Source: Patescibacteria group bacterium
GTDB lineage: Bacteria; Patescibacteriota; Patescibacteriia; Patescibacteriales; UBA12465
Length of the DNA stretch: 64,000 nt
Direction: 5' to 3'
NCBI GenBank assembly: GCA_041656935.1
Contig: JBBACQ010000001.1
Span: forward strand, 29,459-93,458
Shown in pieces: positions 29,032-36,247 of the stretch (its first letter is position 1; every line of letters starts with the position of its first letter). The translations under genes and the position numbers were made by a program. The notes below the pieces were generated by a model. That model was not told the DNA's origin. It made no database searches and was given only the letters and a program-made list of their open reading frames with translations.

Positions 29032-29772
29032 TTAGCGTAAAGTCCAGCCACCATCTACTACTAATACTTGGCCGGTAATATAATTAGCTTTATCAGAAGC
29101 TAAAAAAACAACCGCTTGAGCAATATCATCAGGAGTGCCCATTTTTTTCCAAGGGATAAGGGCTAAAAATCCTTTTTTAGCTTCTTCTGTCATTGTTTTA
29201 GTTGCTCCGGGGGTTTCAATAGCTCCGGGGGCTACAACATTTACATTTATTTTTTTATCAGCTAATTCTAAAGCCAAAGCTCTAGTTAATCCGTTTACCC
29301 CGCCCTTAGAAGCACAATAATGGACCAATCCTTCGAAACCAACTATTGAGGCAATTGATGAAATATTCACAATTTTGCCACCAGCCTTCATTTTTTTAAC
29401 CGCCGTTTGAGAACATAAAAAGATACTCTTTAAGTTGACATTAATTACTTCTTCCCAATTAGCTTCAGTCATCTCTGAAAAAGGGGTAAATGGAAAAATA
29501 CCAGCATTATTTACTAAGATGTCTAGCTTACCAAATTTTTTTATTGTTTTGGCTATCAAATTGTCGACCTCACCTTTTTTGGCGACATCACAGGCCACGG
29601 CTAATACTTTTACACCAAATTTTTTTAATTTTTCAGCTGTTTTTTCACAGTCCTTCTGTGTGATATCACTTACAACAACATTACAGCCCTCTTTAGCAAA
29701 AGCTAAGGCAATTCCTAGACCAATTCCCTGTTTGGCACCGGTTACTATAGCGACTTTATTTTTAAATTGCAT
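29032..29772 (-). CDS. Short-chain dehydrogenase/reductase (FabG-like)
   Basis: TGAKQGIGLG cofactor motif, NNAG, and the catalytic YCASK (YxxxK). Confidence 0.85.
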   Translation of the reverse strand: MQFKNKVAIVTGAKQGIGLGIALAFAKEGCNVVVSDITQKDCEKTAEKLKKFGVKVLAVACDVAKKGEVDNLIAKTIKKFGKLDILVNNAGIFPFTPFSEMTEANWEEVINVNLKSIFLCSQTAVKKMKAGGKIVNISSIASIVGFEGLVHYCASKGGVNGLTRALALELADKKINVNVVAPGAIETPGATKTMTEEAKKGFLALIPWKKMGTPDDIAQAVVFLASDKANYITGQVLVVDGGWTLR

Positions 29773-29845
29773 ATTTTTATTGTTAATTATGAGATTTAAT
29801 TAGATAGAATAACGAATTCCAAAAAAGTTAAAAAAAGAAGAATAT

Positions 29846-30319
29846 TTAACTTAATGTCGCTAGCCAAACTCCGATATAATGAGTTAAGATAATTACTATA
29901 ATAGTGATTAATAAATGTTCTAATACTACTGGATAAGGATTTATTTTTTGTTTTTTGGCCAGATAATAACTAAATATTATTATTAAAAATAAGCCCCAGA
30001 CAACACAAAAAATAATGGCTGTAGAAAGTTCTAAAAATAAAATAGGGATAACAAACATTAAAGCAAAAACAAATTTAGATAAAAAAGTGGCAATTGTTGA
30101 CTCCCAAACTTCTTTGGTTGTATTTTTGTTATCAACTTCTTCTGACATATGAATTCCTAACGCATCTGACATGGCATCAGCTATTGCTATTACCAGTATG
30201 CCACTAATAATAACAATATCAGAGCTAGTACTAGAATGTAACCCGATGATCAAACCTAAGGTTGTTATTACACCGGATGTTAAGCCGAAACTAAAGCCTT
30301 TTTTTATTGAAATTTTCAT
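29846..30319 (-). CDS. Small VIT1/CCC1-like membrane protein (possible Fe/Mn transporter)
   Basis: 157 aa, polytopic, with an AIADAMSDALGIHMSEE acidic motif reminiscent of short VIT-family proteins. Weak assignment. Confidence 0.5.
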   Translation of the reverse strand: MKISIKKGFSFGLTSGVITTLGLIIGLHSSTSSDIVIISGILVIAIADAMSDALGIHMSEEVDNKNTTKEVWESTIATFLSKFVFALMFVIPILFLELSTAIIFCVVWGLFLIIIFSYYLAKKQKINPYPVVLEHLLITIIVIILTHYIGVWLATLS

Positions 30320-30426
30320 AAATAATAGTCAAAGTTAATTTATTTGGTCTAAAATTTATTTTAGCTAACATCCACCGATATCTGATATTTTGTTGAAATA
30401 CCAATTAGCCGACGGACAAATAGAAA

Positions 30427-31182
30427 TTATTTGGTTGCTTCAATCTTTAAACTTTCAAGGGGAATGCCTTGGTATTGTCTTTTACTGATATCTTTATCTT
30501 CTGACAAAATTTTTATTTTAAATCCAGCATCTTCAATAATTTTTAAATATTCATCTTTTAATAAAGCTCCACCTACACATCCAGCAATTAATTCATCGTT
30601 ACTTTTCTGTTCGTCAGAGATGTCTCCTAGTAAAACAATATCTGAATTATAAATTTTACCACCTTTTTTAAGTACCCGGAATGCTTCTTTGAAGACTTTA
30701 GACTTATCTGGTGCTAGATTAATAACACAGTTACTTATAATCACATCAATAGAATCACTTTCCACGGGTAGTTTTTCTATATCTCCCAATCGAAATTCAA
30801 CATTATTATAATTAAATTTTTCAGCATTTTTCTTTGCTTTAGCAATCATCTCTGGCGTTATATCTATTCCGATTACTCGTCCAAGTTTACCTACTTTTTT
30901 AACAGCAAGAAAACAATCGAAACCAGCTCCTGAGCCTAAATCTAAGACAACATCGCCCTCCTTGATATTTCCCATCCCCGTTGGATTACCACAACCAAGA
31001 CCAAGATTAGATTCGGAAATAGCTTCTATTTCCTGATCAGAATAGCCAATACTTTTGGCAATTTGTTTATTGACATTTTTATCGTTACAACCACAACTAT
31101 TACTACAACATCCAGCACCGTTTTGAGTTGCAATTTTGCTATAATGCTTTTTAACGATTTGTTTAATATTATTTTTTTTCAT
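30427..31182 (-). CDS. arsM: Arsenite S-adenosylmethionine methyltransferase-like (ArsM family)
   Basis: Cys-rich N-terminus (GCCSNSCGC), the LGLGCGNP motif, and the SAM-binding VLDLGSGAGFD. Confidence 0.78.
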   Translation of the reverse strand: MKKNNIKQIVKKHYSKIATQNGAGCCSNSCGCNDKNVNKQIAKSIGYSDQEIEAISESNLGLGCGNPTGMGNIKEGDVVLDLGSGAGFDCFLAVKKVGKLGRVIGIDITPEMIAKAKKNAEKFNYNNVEFRLGDIEKLPVESDSIDVIISNCVINLAPDKSKVFKEAFRVLKKGGKIYNSDIVLLGDISDEQKSNDELIAGCVGGALLKDEYLKIIEDAGFKIKILSEDKDISKRQYQGIPLESLKIEATK

Positions 31183-31195
31183 AAGTTTGTTTGAT

Positions 31196-32143
31196 TTAAA
31201 ATTTTCGTTGTCTGGTTCGGTTTTCTAGATATCTCTCAATGGCTTCTTTGGAGGTTAACCAATCCCGGCCCTCTTTATACGCCTCCAGCTTTCCTTGTCT
31301 GGCAAGTAAATTAAGATATTTGGCAGAAAAAGGAGCGGTTTTAGCTATTTCCGCAAGCCTCAAAAATTTTTCCTGTTTTTGTGTTGACGGAGTTAATGTC
31401 TTTAGATAAATATCCAATGAACGCTCGATGGACTGAGCAATAAATTTTACCAGTGGTTCAAACTTACCCTTATCCGATTTATCCAAAACATCATAATATT
31501 TTTTTCGGTCAGTTTTCATGATCGTGACCAATGGATATCCAGCTTGCATCAAAAATAGATTCATCGTTAAGCGTGCCGTTCTACCATTGCCGTCAAAAAA
31601 CGGATGAATATAGACTAATTTATGATGCAATAAAGCAGAAAGTTCAATAATATTCAGTTTGTTTTTTTGTGAGTTTAACCAAATAATTAATTCTCTCATT
31701 TTATTTGGTACTTGTAGCGCATTTGGTGGAATATGGTCTGCGCCACCAATAATTACATTAGCATTTCTATATCGGCCGGCCCATTCCTTATCCGTTTCCT
31801 GCAAAATAATTTGATGTAAGTTTTTAATAAGCATTTCGGAAACAGTGTGTTTTTTGTCTTTATCTATTAAGTCATACAAATATTCTAGTGCGGCATGGTG
31901 GTCTTTCGCTTCCAAATGGTCTTTCAAAGGCTTACCTTTCACTGTCAGGCCTTCATTAATAACTAAAAAGGTCTCTTTTAAAGTTAAAGAGTTGCCTTCA
32001 ATAGCATTTGAGTTATAGGTCATTTCAATTTGGAATTTTTCTCGAAGTTTTTGCACTGCAGACTTAGGTAAGGGGCGCAGTTTGTTGAGTTTGGACAGTT
32101 TTTCTTCCAAACGATTTTTTACGATTGATGATAAGTAAGTCAT
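31196..32143 (-). CDS. fic: Fic family protein (class II, autoinhibited) with C-terminal HTH-like domain
   Basis: Canonical Fic motif HPFFDGNGRTARL. N-terminal inhibitory motif S-N-A-I-E-G ([S/T]xxxE[G/N]). The C-terminus (AKYLNLLARQGKLEAYKEGRDWL) looks like a DNA-binding fold. Confidence 0.9.
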   Translation of the reverse strand: MTYLSSIVKNRLEEKLSKLNKLRPLPKSAVQKLREKFQIEMTYNSNAIEGNSLTLKETFLVINEGLTVKGKPLKDHLEAKDHHAALEYLYDLIDKDKKHTVSEMLIKNLHQIILQETDKEWAGRYRNANVIIGGADHIPPNALQVPNKMRELIIWLNSQKNKLNIIELSALLHHKLVYIHPFFDGNGRTARLTMNLFLMQAGYPLVTIMKTDRKKYYDVLDKSDKGKFEPLVKFIAQSIERSLDIYLKTLTPSTQKQEKFLRLAEIAKTAPFSAKYLNLLARQGKLEAYKEGRDWLTSKEAIERYLENRTRQRKF

Positions 32144-32176
32144 AAAATGCTTAATATGGTTTAGTTAATTATTTAC

Positions 32177-32204
32177 ATTATACCATATTAAGGAATTTGG
32201 TCAA
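32177..32204 (-). promoter_or_regulatory. Strong sigma70-type promoter for fic
   Basis: Minus strand TTGACC (32204-32199), 16-nt spacer, extended -10 TGgTATAAT (32185-32177), about 30 nt upstream of the fic ATG. Confidence 0.65.
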
Positions 32205-32295
32205 GACTGTATATTCAGCTTAGTTTTTGAATAATTCAATGCTTCAAGCGCCGTTTGATCTCTTGCCAGATTAAACAATTTTTTACTCACGCTCA

Positions 32296-32378
32296 GATCA
32301 ACGTTTGCGTATATCTGATGTGCGAAGCATGTGGGCGGAATGACCGCAGGGAGTGGAGCCAGATATACGCTGTTAGGC
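32296..32378 (-). other. attC-like recombination site C (3' end of cassette C)
   Basis: The minus strand reads GCCTAAC-a-GCGTATATCTGG...loop...CAGATATACGC-aaac-GTTGATC. It begins 10 nt after the stop codon of the 264-aa ORF. Confidence 0.65.
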
Positions 32379-32404
32379 GATGTAAATTTTAGACTTTTTT
32401 AAAT
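32372..32404. repeat. Terminal inverted repeat of cassette C, distal arm
   Basis: GTTAGGCGATGTAAATTTTAGACTTTTTTAAAT matches the reverse complement of 33190-33222 at 31 of 33 positions. It overlaps the last 5 codons and the stop of the ORF. Confidence 0.85.
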
Positions 32405-33183
32405 CTCGCGACAAATTCATCTCTTGTCATCACAACTTGTCTTACTTCCGGCTTCTCTCCCGTTGTTAGATATTTTTCCAGAGATCTCTTGTTGTATTGC
32501 AATGCTAAATGTTGAACGGCGGTAACGTCACTATCTTCAGGTGAAATGTCCTGTATTGAAATTTCATCACCCAATAGCATTCTAGCTTTCGCCTCCATTT
32601 TTTGATTAAGTAACCAAGATTTCATAACAATTTTATCTGCTGTGATTTCACCCGCTTCTAATTTAGCCCCTATGGACTGAAAGCCATCTATGATTTTAGA
32701 AATTAGTTCTGCGCTTTCCACGCCCGTTGGCCTGATGTGTAATGAAATTTCATTATTGTTGTCTTTTTTATATGCGATAACATCATTGACATGCACCATG
32801 CCAGACCCTTCTTCCACCTCATCTCTTTTTCTATTCCATTCAGTGAGTAATAGATTGGCGATCGGTGAAGTAGCTAATCTGTCGGCAAAGCTATCTCTGG
32901 AAAAATTATTTTCTTGACATTCCTGTAAAGAGGAATTAATTATTTGATACAATTCTTGTTTTGCTTTGGACTGTTGAGTTTCTTCGCTGGAGCCACTTAA
33001 TCTAGAAACGTAAAGATCAACCATTCTTTCTGTAATTGCATTCGTATCTTCAGCACCTTCGGTATGGAGTAAATTTTGATATAGTTCAAATCCACCAACA
33101 AATCTAATAAACGCAGGATTTGTTAAGATCATATCCCTTGTTCCTTCTTGATGAATTTGTCGCGATTGTTCACCTTCTATCAT
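32389..33183 (-). CDS. Hypothetical protein (cassette C ORF)
   Basis: 264 aa with no recognisable motif. By eye it is richer in G+C and poorer in Lys/Asn/Ile than its neighbours. Confidence 0.6.
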   Translation of the reverse strand: MIEGEQSRQIHQEGTRDMILTNPAFIRFVGGFELYQNLLHTEGAEDTNAITERMVDLYVSRLSGSSEETQQSKAKQELYQIINSSLQECQENNFSRDSFADRLATSPIANLLLTEWNRKRDEVEEGSGMVHVNDVIAYKKDNNNEISLHIRPTGVESAELISKIIDGFQSIGAKLEAGEITADKIVMKSWLLNQKMEAKARMLLGDEISIQDISPEDSDVTAVQHLALQYNKRSLEKYLTTGEKPEVRQVVMTRDEFVARFKKV

Positions 33184-33189
33184 ATTGGT

Positions 33190-33222
33190 ATTTAAAAAAG
33201 TCTAAAATTTATTTCGCCTAAC
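33190..33222. repeat. Terminal inverted repeat of cassette C, proximal arm
   Basis: ATTTAAAAAAGTCTAAAATTTATTTCGCCTAAC, the partner of 32372-32404. It ends 6 nt upstream of the ORF ATG. Confidence 0.85.
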
Positions 33223-33367
33223 ATCGGGCTTAAGGGAAGTTTGATTTTTTCAGAGCTGGAACGCAGATTTTTTGAGGCAACCCACAAAAAATCAAGTGAC
33301 CTCGAAAAAATCAAATTTGGGTCGGAGAAACCTGCAAGGTTTCGGAGCCCTTTAAGCCCTGTTCTAT
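33216..33367 (-). other. attC-like recombination site B (3' end of cassette B)
   Basis: The minus strand reads ATAGAAC-a-GGGCTTAAAGGG...about 110-nt structured loop...CCCTTAAGCCC-gat-GTTAGGC. There is one extra A in the 5' arm. The loop contains nested TTTGATTTTTTC/GAAAAAATCAAA and GATTTTTTG/CAAAAAATC pairings. Confidence 0.65.
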
Positions 33368-33516
33368 TCGTCCGTTAGGACTTGATTTTTAGTGCAACGA
33401 TGCCGAAGGCAAAAAATCAAAGTAATTTCAGGGGCGTATTCAATCAAGCGAACACAGTGAGCCATCAAGAATAAGTATCAAGGGGCAATTTTCAGTCCGT
33501 CGTAGGGGGAATTCCG
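33361..33516. repeat. Terminal inverted repeat of cassette B, distal arm (with inserted hairpins)
   Basis: Its blocks GTTCTATTC, GTAATTTCAGGGG, GGGGCAATTTTC and GGGGGAATTC are the complement of blocks in 34106-34175, in the same order. Confidence 0.7.
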
Positions 33517-33557
33517 TTTATTTTTTGCTTTTTTTTCTCTAAAAAAGAAGATTTGTT

Positions 33558-34049
33558 TTAAATTTCTATTTGAAATATTGCAATAATTAACATAAGAACA
33601 CATGTCAAGGCAAGCGTATAATAATAAAGCCAAGATTGTTTTTTATTATACAGATAATAAATAATTCCAAGAGTCAACATTGTAATTATTATTCCAGCAA
33701 TCCAAGGTGTTTGATATAAAAATAGACCTATTGTAATGAACAAGGTCATTAATGGAACTGTCATAAAAGTTGACTTGTAAATATCCTTTAATTTTAATCG
33801 AAAGAAAAAATAAGAGATTGCCATAATAATAACAAGAAATGAAATATGTAACAATGGTGGAAGCCAGAATAATTGCGAATCAGGATTAAAAGGCATAAAT
33901 AACCCAATAATCCTTCGAATTGTATTTTGATAAAGAGCATCAAAAAGGAATGTTAGAATTAGCAAAATATATCCGAAAACCGCTATGGCTAAAGCTGATA
34001 AAAAACCTTTAATCAAAGGATTCCTAAAAAAGTGCTTTAATTTTCTCAT
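33558..34049 (-). CDS. Hypothetical polytopic membrane protein (cassette B ORF)
   Basis: 163 aa with 4-5 predicted TM helices. No family recognised. Confidence 0.6.
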   Translation of the reverse strand: MRKLKHFFRNPLIKGFLSALAIAVFGYILLILTFLFDALYQNTIRRIIGLFMPFNPDSQLFWLPPLLHISFLVIIMAISYFFFRLKLKDIYKSTFMTVPLMTLFITIGLFLYQTPWIAGIIITMLTLGIIYYLYNKKQSWLYYYTLALTCVLMLIIAIFQIEI

Positions 34050-34105
34050 ATATTGAATGGTTTAGTATAAATAATTTCCTATCTATATTTTTTATTATAT
34101 TTTGA

Positions 34106-34175
34106 ATTCTCCCCAGTCGTTTTTGTTTTTAGAAAATTGCCCCCGTCGTTAGCCCCTGAAATTATTGAATAGAAC
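34106..34175. repeat. Terminal inverted repeat of cassette B, proximal arm
   Basis: GAATTCTCCCC...GAAAATTGCCCC...CCCCTGAAATTATTGAATAGAAC, the partner of 33361-33516. Confidence 0.7.
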
Positions 34176-34270
34176 GTTTCGGCATATCTGATGTTTGCCG
34201 TAGCGTAGCGGAGGCAAATATGGGTGGAGGCTTTTGTATAAAAGCCGTAACCAGATATGCCGTGTTATGT
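34169..34270 (-). other. attC-like recombination site A (3' end of cassette A)
   Basis: The minus strand reads ACATAAC-ac-GGCATATCTGG...loop with TTTGCC/GGCAAA and GGCTTTT/AAAAGCC sub-hairpins...CAGATATGCC-gaaac-GTTCTAT. Confidence 0.65.
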
Positions 34271-34385
34271 GATGTGCATGTTTTACTTTAATCCCGATAG
34301 CAATCGGGATTGCTCTAAAAAAGAATTTTAATTTTGTTTTTTTGTTTTGAAAAAATGAAAGAGGGGTTAGGGGTGAATTTCATTT
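34262..34385. repeat. Terminal inverted repeat of cassette A, distal arm (about 120 nt)
   Basis: GTTATGTGATGTGCATGTTTTACTTT, then a hairpin, then CTCTAAAAAAGAATTTTAATTTTGTTTTTT and AAAGAGGGGTTAGGGGTG. These match the reverse complement of 37265-37390 block by block. The internal hairpin is replaced by a different hairpin of similar form. Confidence 0.8.
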
Positions 34386-34411
34386 TTTCAAAACTCCTTA
34401 TTTTTTAATGA

Positions 34412-34849
34412 TTATCTATCAGCATCCTTTGCTGCTTTTTCGATCCAGTTTCCCATATTATTATATCCGTCATCATTATTCCATAAATAAAAATCATATC
34501 CGCTTGGGATTCTTCCACATCTTTCAGAAGTATTGCCTTGGAGATCTTTTATTTTGCTTACATCTATTCCTAAAAGTCCATTTCCTATTTCTTTGCTTTT
34601 TTCTATTTCATATTTTACCCACCTGCTGCTACAAGTTTTTTCTCCCACAAGCACAACCGTAACAGATGTTCCTTTTAATTGATTATCAATCCAATTTTTA
34701 ATTGCTTGATCACCTTGTTTTTTTATCTTTTCAAAATCAGCTGCGTCTATAAAGCCCGCAGCTTCTTTTCCTTGTGTTACCCAGCTGTTTCTAACGACCA
34801 TAGCTCGAGAGACATCTTTATATTTGAAACTAAAAAATACTTTTCTCAT
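34412..34849 (-). CDS. TIR-like domain protein (DUF1863 / ThsB-like)
   Basis: 145 aa. The N-terminal KVFFSFKYKDV strand, VVLVGEKTCSSRWVKYEIEKS (SxWVxxEI) and GNGLLGIDVSKIKD match the MTH538/DUF1863 TIR-like pattern as I know it. Confidence 0.78.
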   Translation of the reverse strand: MRKVFFSFKYKDVSRAMVVRNSWVTQGKEAAGFIDAADFEKIKKQGDQAIKNWIDNQLKGTSVTVVLVGEKTCSSRWVKYEIEKSKEIGNGLLGIDVSKIKDLQGNTSERCGRIPSGYDFYLWNNDDGYNNMGNWIEKAAKDADR

Positions 34850-34859
34850 AATTTTAAAT

Positions 34860-35264
34860 TTAATTTATTAAATATATTATAAATAGGGCGGCACTGATTA
34901 AAGGTAAATAAAAAATTAAAAGAGTTGGTGAAAACATAGAGTAGATTTGAGTATTTTTCTTTAATTTTTTATATTCTTCTACATCCATAGAAAAATCTAT
35001 TTCTTCCTCTTTTAGTTTTCTAACATGATTATATAAATCTCTAAACAATCTTTCTTGCGAAAGAAAGTATCCGTCCAAAATCCAAAAAACCAAGGTAATA
35101 ACTATAAGAAAATAAATGACATAATCAGAATTATTTGCCTTTGAAAACAAAGCAAGAAGTGCGCCAATCAAAGTAATAGTCCATCCTCTTAGAAAAAACA
35201 AATTTCCAGCCATTCGGCTAATTATATTTTGTATAAATTCAAGATGTTTGCGTTTATTTTCCAT
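34860..35264 (-). CDS. Small multi-TM protein, candidate membrane effector partner of the TIR-like protein
   Basis: 134 aa. Two adjacent TM helices (WTITLIGALLALF and VIYFLIVITLVFWILDGYF), a charged helix (ERLFRDLYNHVRKLKEEE) and a C-terminal TM. A 10-nt gap separates it from the TIR-like gene. Confidence 0.6.
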   Translation of the reverse strand: MENKRKHLEFIQNIISRMAGNLFFLRGWTITLIGALLALFSKANNSDYVIYFLIVITLVFWILDGYFLSQERLFRDLYNHVRKLKEEEIDFSMDVEEYKKLKKNTQIYSMFSPTLLIFYLPLISAALFIIYLIN

Positions 35265-35267
35265 AGT

Positions 35268-36245
35268 TTATTTTAAATCAGCCATTATTTTTTTTGCTAA
35301 ATGATGAGCAAAATTTACAGCAACAGCATTTCCGATCATTTTATATCCGTCAGCGATATCACGATATTTGAAAATAAAATCATCAGGGAATGTTTGAATC
35401 CTTGCACATTCACGAACAGACAAGCGACGATATAAATGTTCTTTTCCGGGAACAAAAATTCTTTTATTTTGACTGATGAATTTCATTTTCGGAGCTTGCG
35501 GATGAATTGGGGCGTGGCGACCACCAGCTTGAATAGTAAAAGAAGGTTCATCCCATGAGCGGACACGATTTCGTGACATATAAATTGAAGAAAAACCGCC
35601 ATTCATGTATTCGTGATTTGGAATTTTTAACATATCACCATTTGTTTTATTTTTATCTAACGCAGGTTTTGCTAAACGCAAATCATAAATAGCGTCTTTT
35701 AATACGGGTTTATATTTTTGCGGTTCTGGAAATTCAAATTTTTTCTTTAGTTTTTTATTATATCCCACAATAATGACACGCAATCTATCTTCAGGAACAT
35801 CATAATCATTTGCATTCAATAATTTGCAAGAAATATTATATCCAGCATTTTCAAATTCCTTTATTATATTTTCAAAAGCTTCCTTATGTTTTGGATGAAG
35901 GATTCCCGACACATTTTCTGCAAGAAAAAATTTAGGTTGTTTTTCTTTTAACAAACGAATATAATCATAAAATAATTTTCCTCGCTTGTCATTTATCCCA
36001 CGCCCAGCTCCAGCTTCACTCCAACTTTGGCAAGGTGGTCCGCCAATAATTCCGTCAACATCAGGAATTTCAGAAGCGGGAACATCAACAATACTTCTTT
36101 TATCAAGTTTTGTTTTTGGAAAATTATGTTCAAAAGTTTCCCAAATTGTGGGGTCATATTCATTTGCCCAGACGACATGAAAACCAGCTTTTTCAAAGCC
36201 TAGATCAAGTCCTCCTGCACCTGTAAACAATGAAGCTATTTTCAT
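35268..36245 (-). CDS. DNA (cytosine-5)-methyltransferase, M.HaeIII-like (probably GGCC-specific)
   Basis: C5-MTase motifs are FTGAGGLDLGF (I), GGPPCQSWS (IV), ENV (VI) and GNAV (X). The variable region (ALDKNKTNG, PNHEY, MSRNRVR, EHLYRRLSVRECARIQ) is collinear with M.HaeIII as I recall that sequence. Confidence 0.92.
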   Translation of the reverse strand: MKIASLFTGAGGLDLGFEKAGFHVVWANEYDPTIWETFEHNFPKTKLDKRSIVDVPASEIPDVDGIIGGPPCQSWSEAGAGRGINDKRGKLFYDYIRLLKEKQPKFFLAENVSGILHPKHKEAFENIIKEFENAGYNISCKLLNANDYDVPEDRLRVIIVGYNKKLKKKFEFPEPQKYKPVLKDAIYDLRLAKPALDKNKTNGDMLKIPNHEYMNGGFSSIYMSRNRVRSWDEPSFTIQAGGRHAPIHPQAPKMKFISQNKRIFVPGKEHLYRRLSVRECARIQTFPDDFIFKYRDIADGYKMIGNAVAVNFAHHLAKKIMADLK

Positions 36246-36247
36246 AA

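Noticed and set aside
32208-32219. CTGTATATTCAG (CTG..CAG) upstream of the fic -35 considered as a LexA/SOS box
   Set aside because: It is only 12 nt rather than the 16-nt CTGT-N8-ACAG form and is not a perfect palindrome. It lies next to fic rather than the recombinase promoter, and no lexA is known from this window.
34408-34882. Plus-strand ORFs 34408-34662 and 34679-34882
   Set aside because: They are antisense to the TIR-like gene, which has clear domain motifs. Their hydrophobic, low-complexity translations are typical of the reverse frame.
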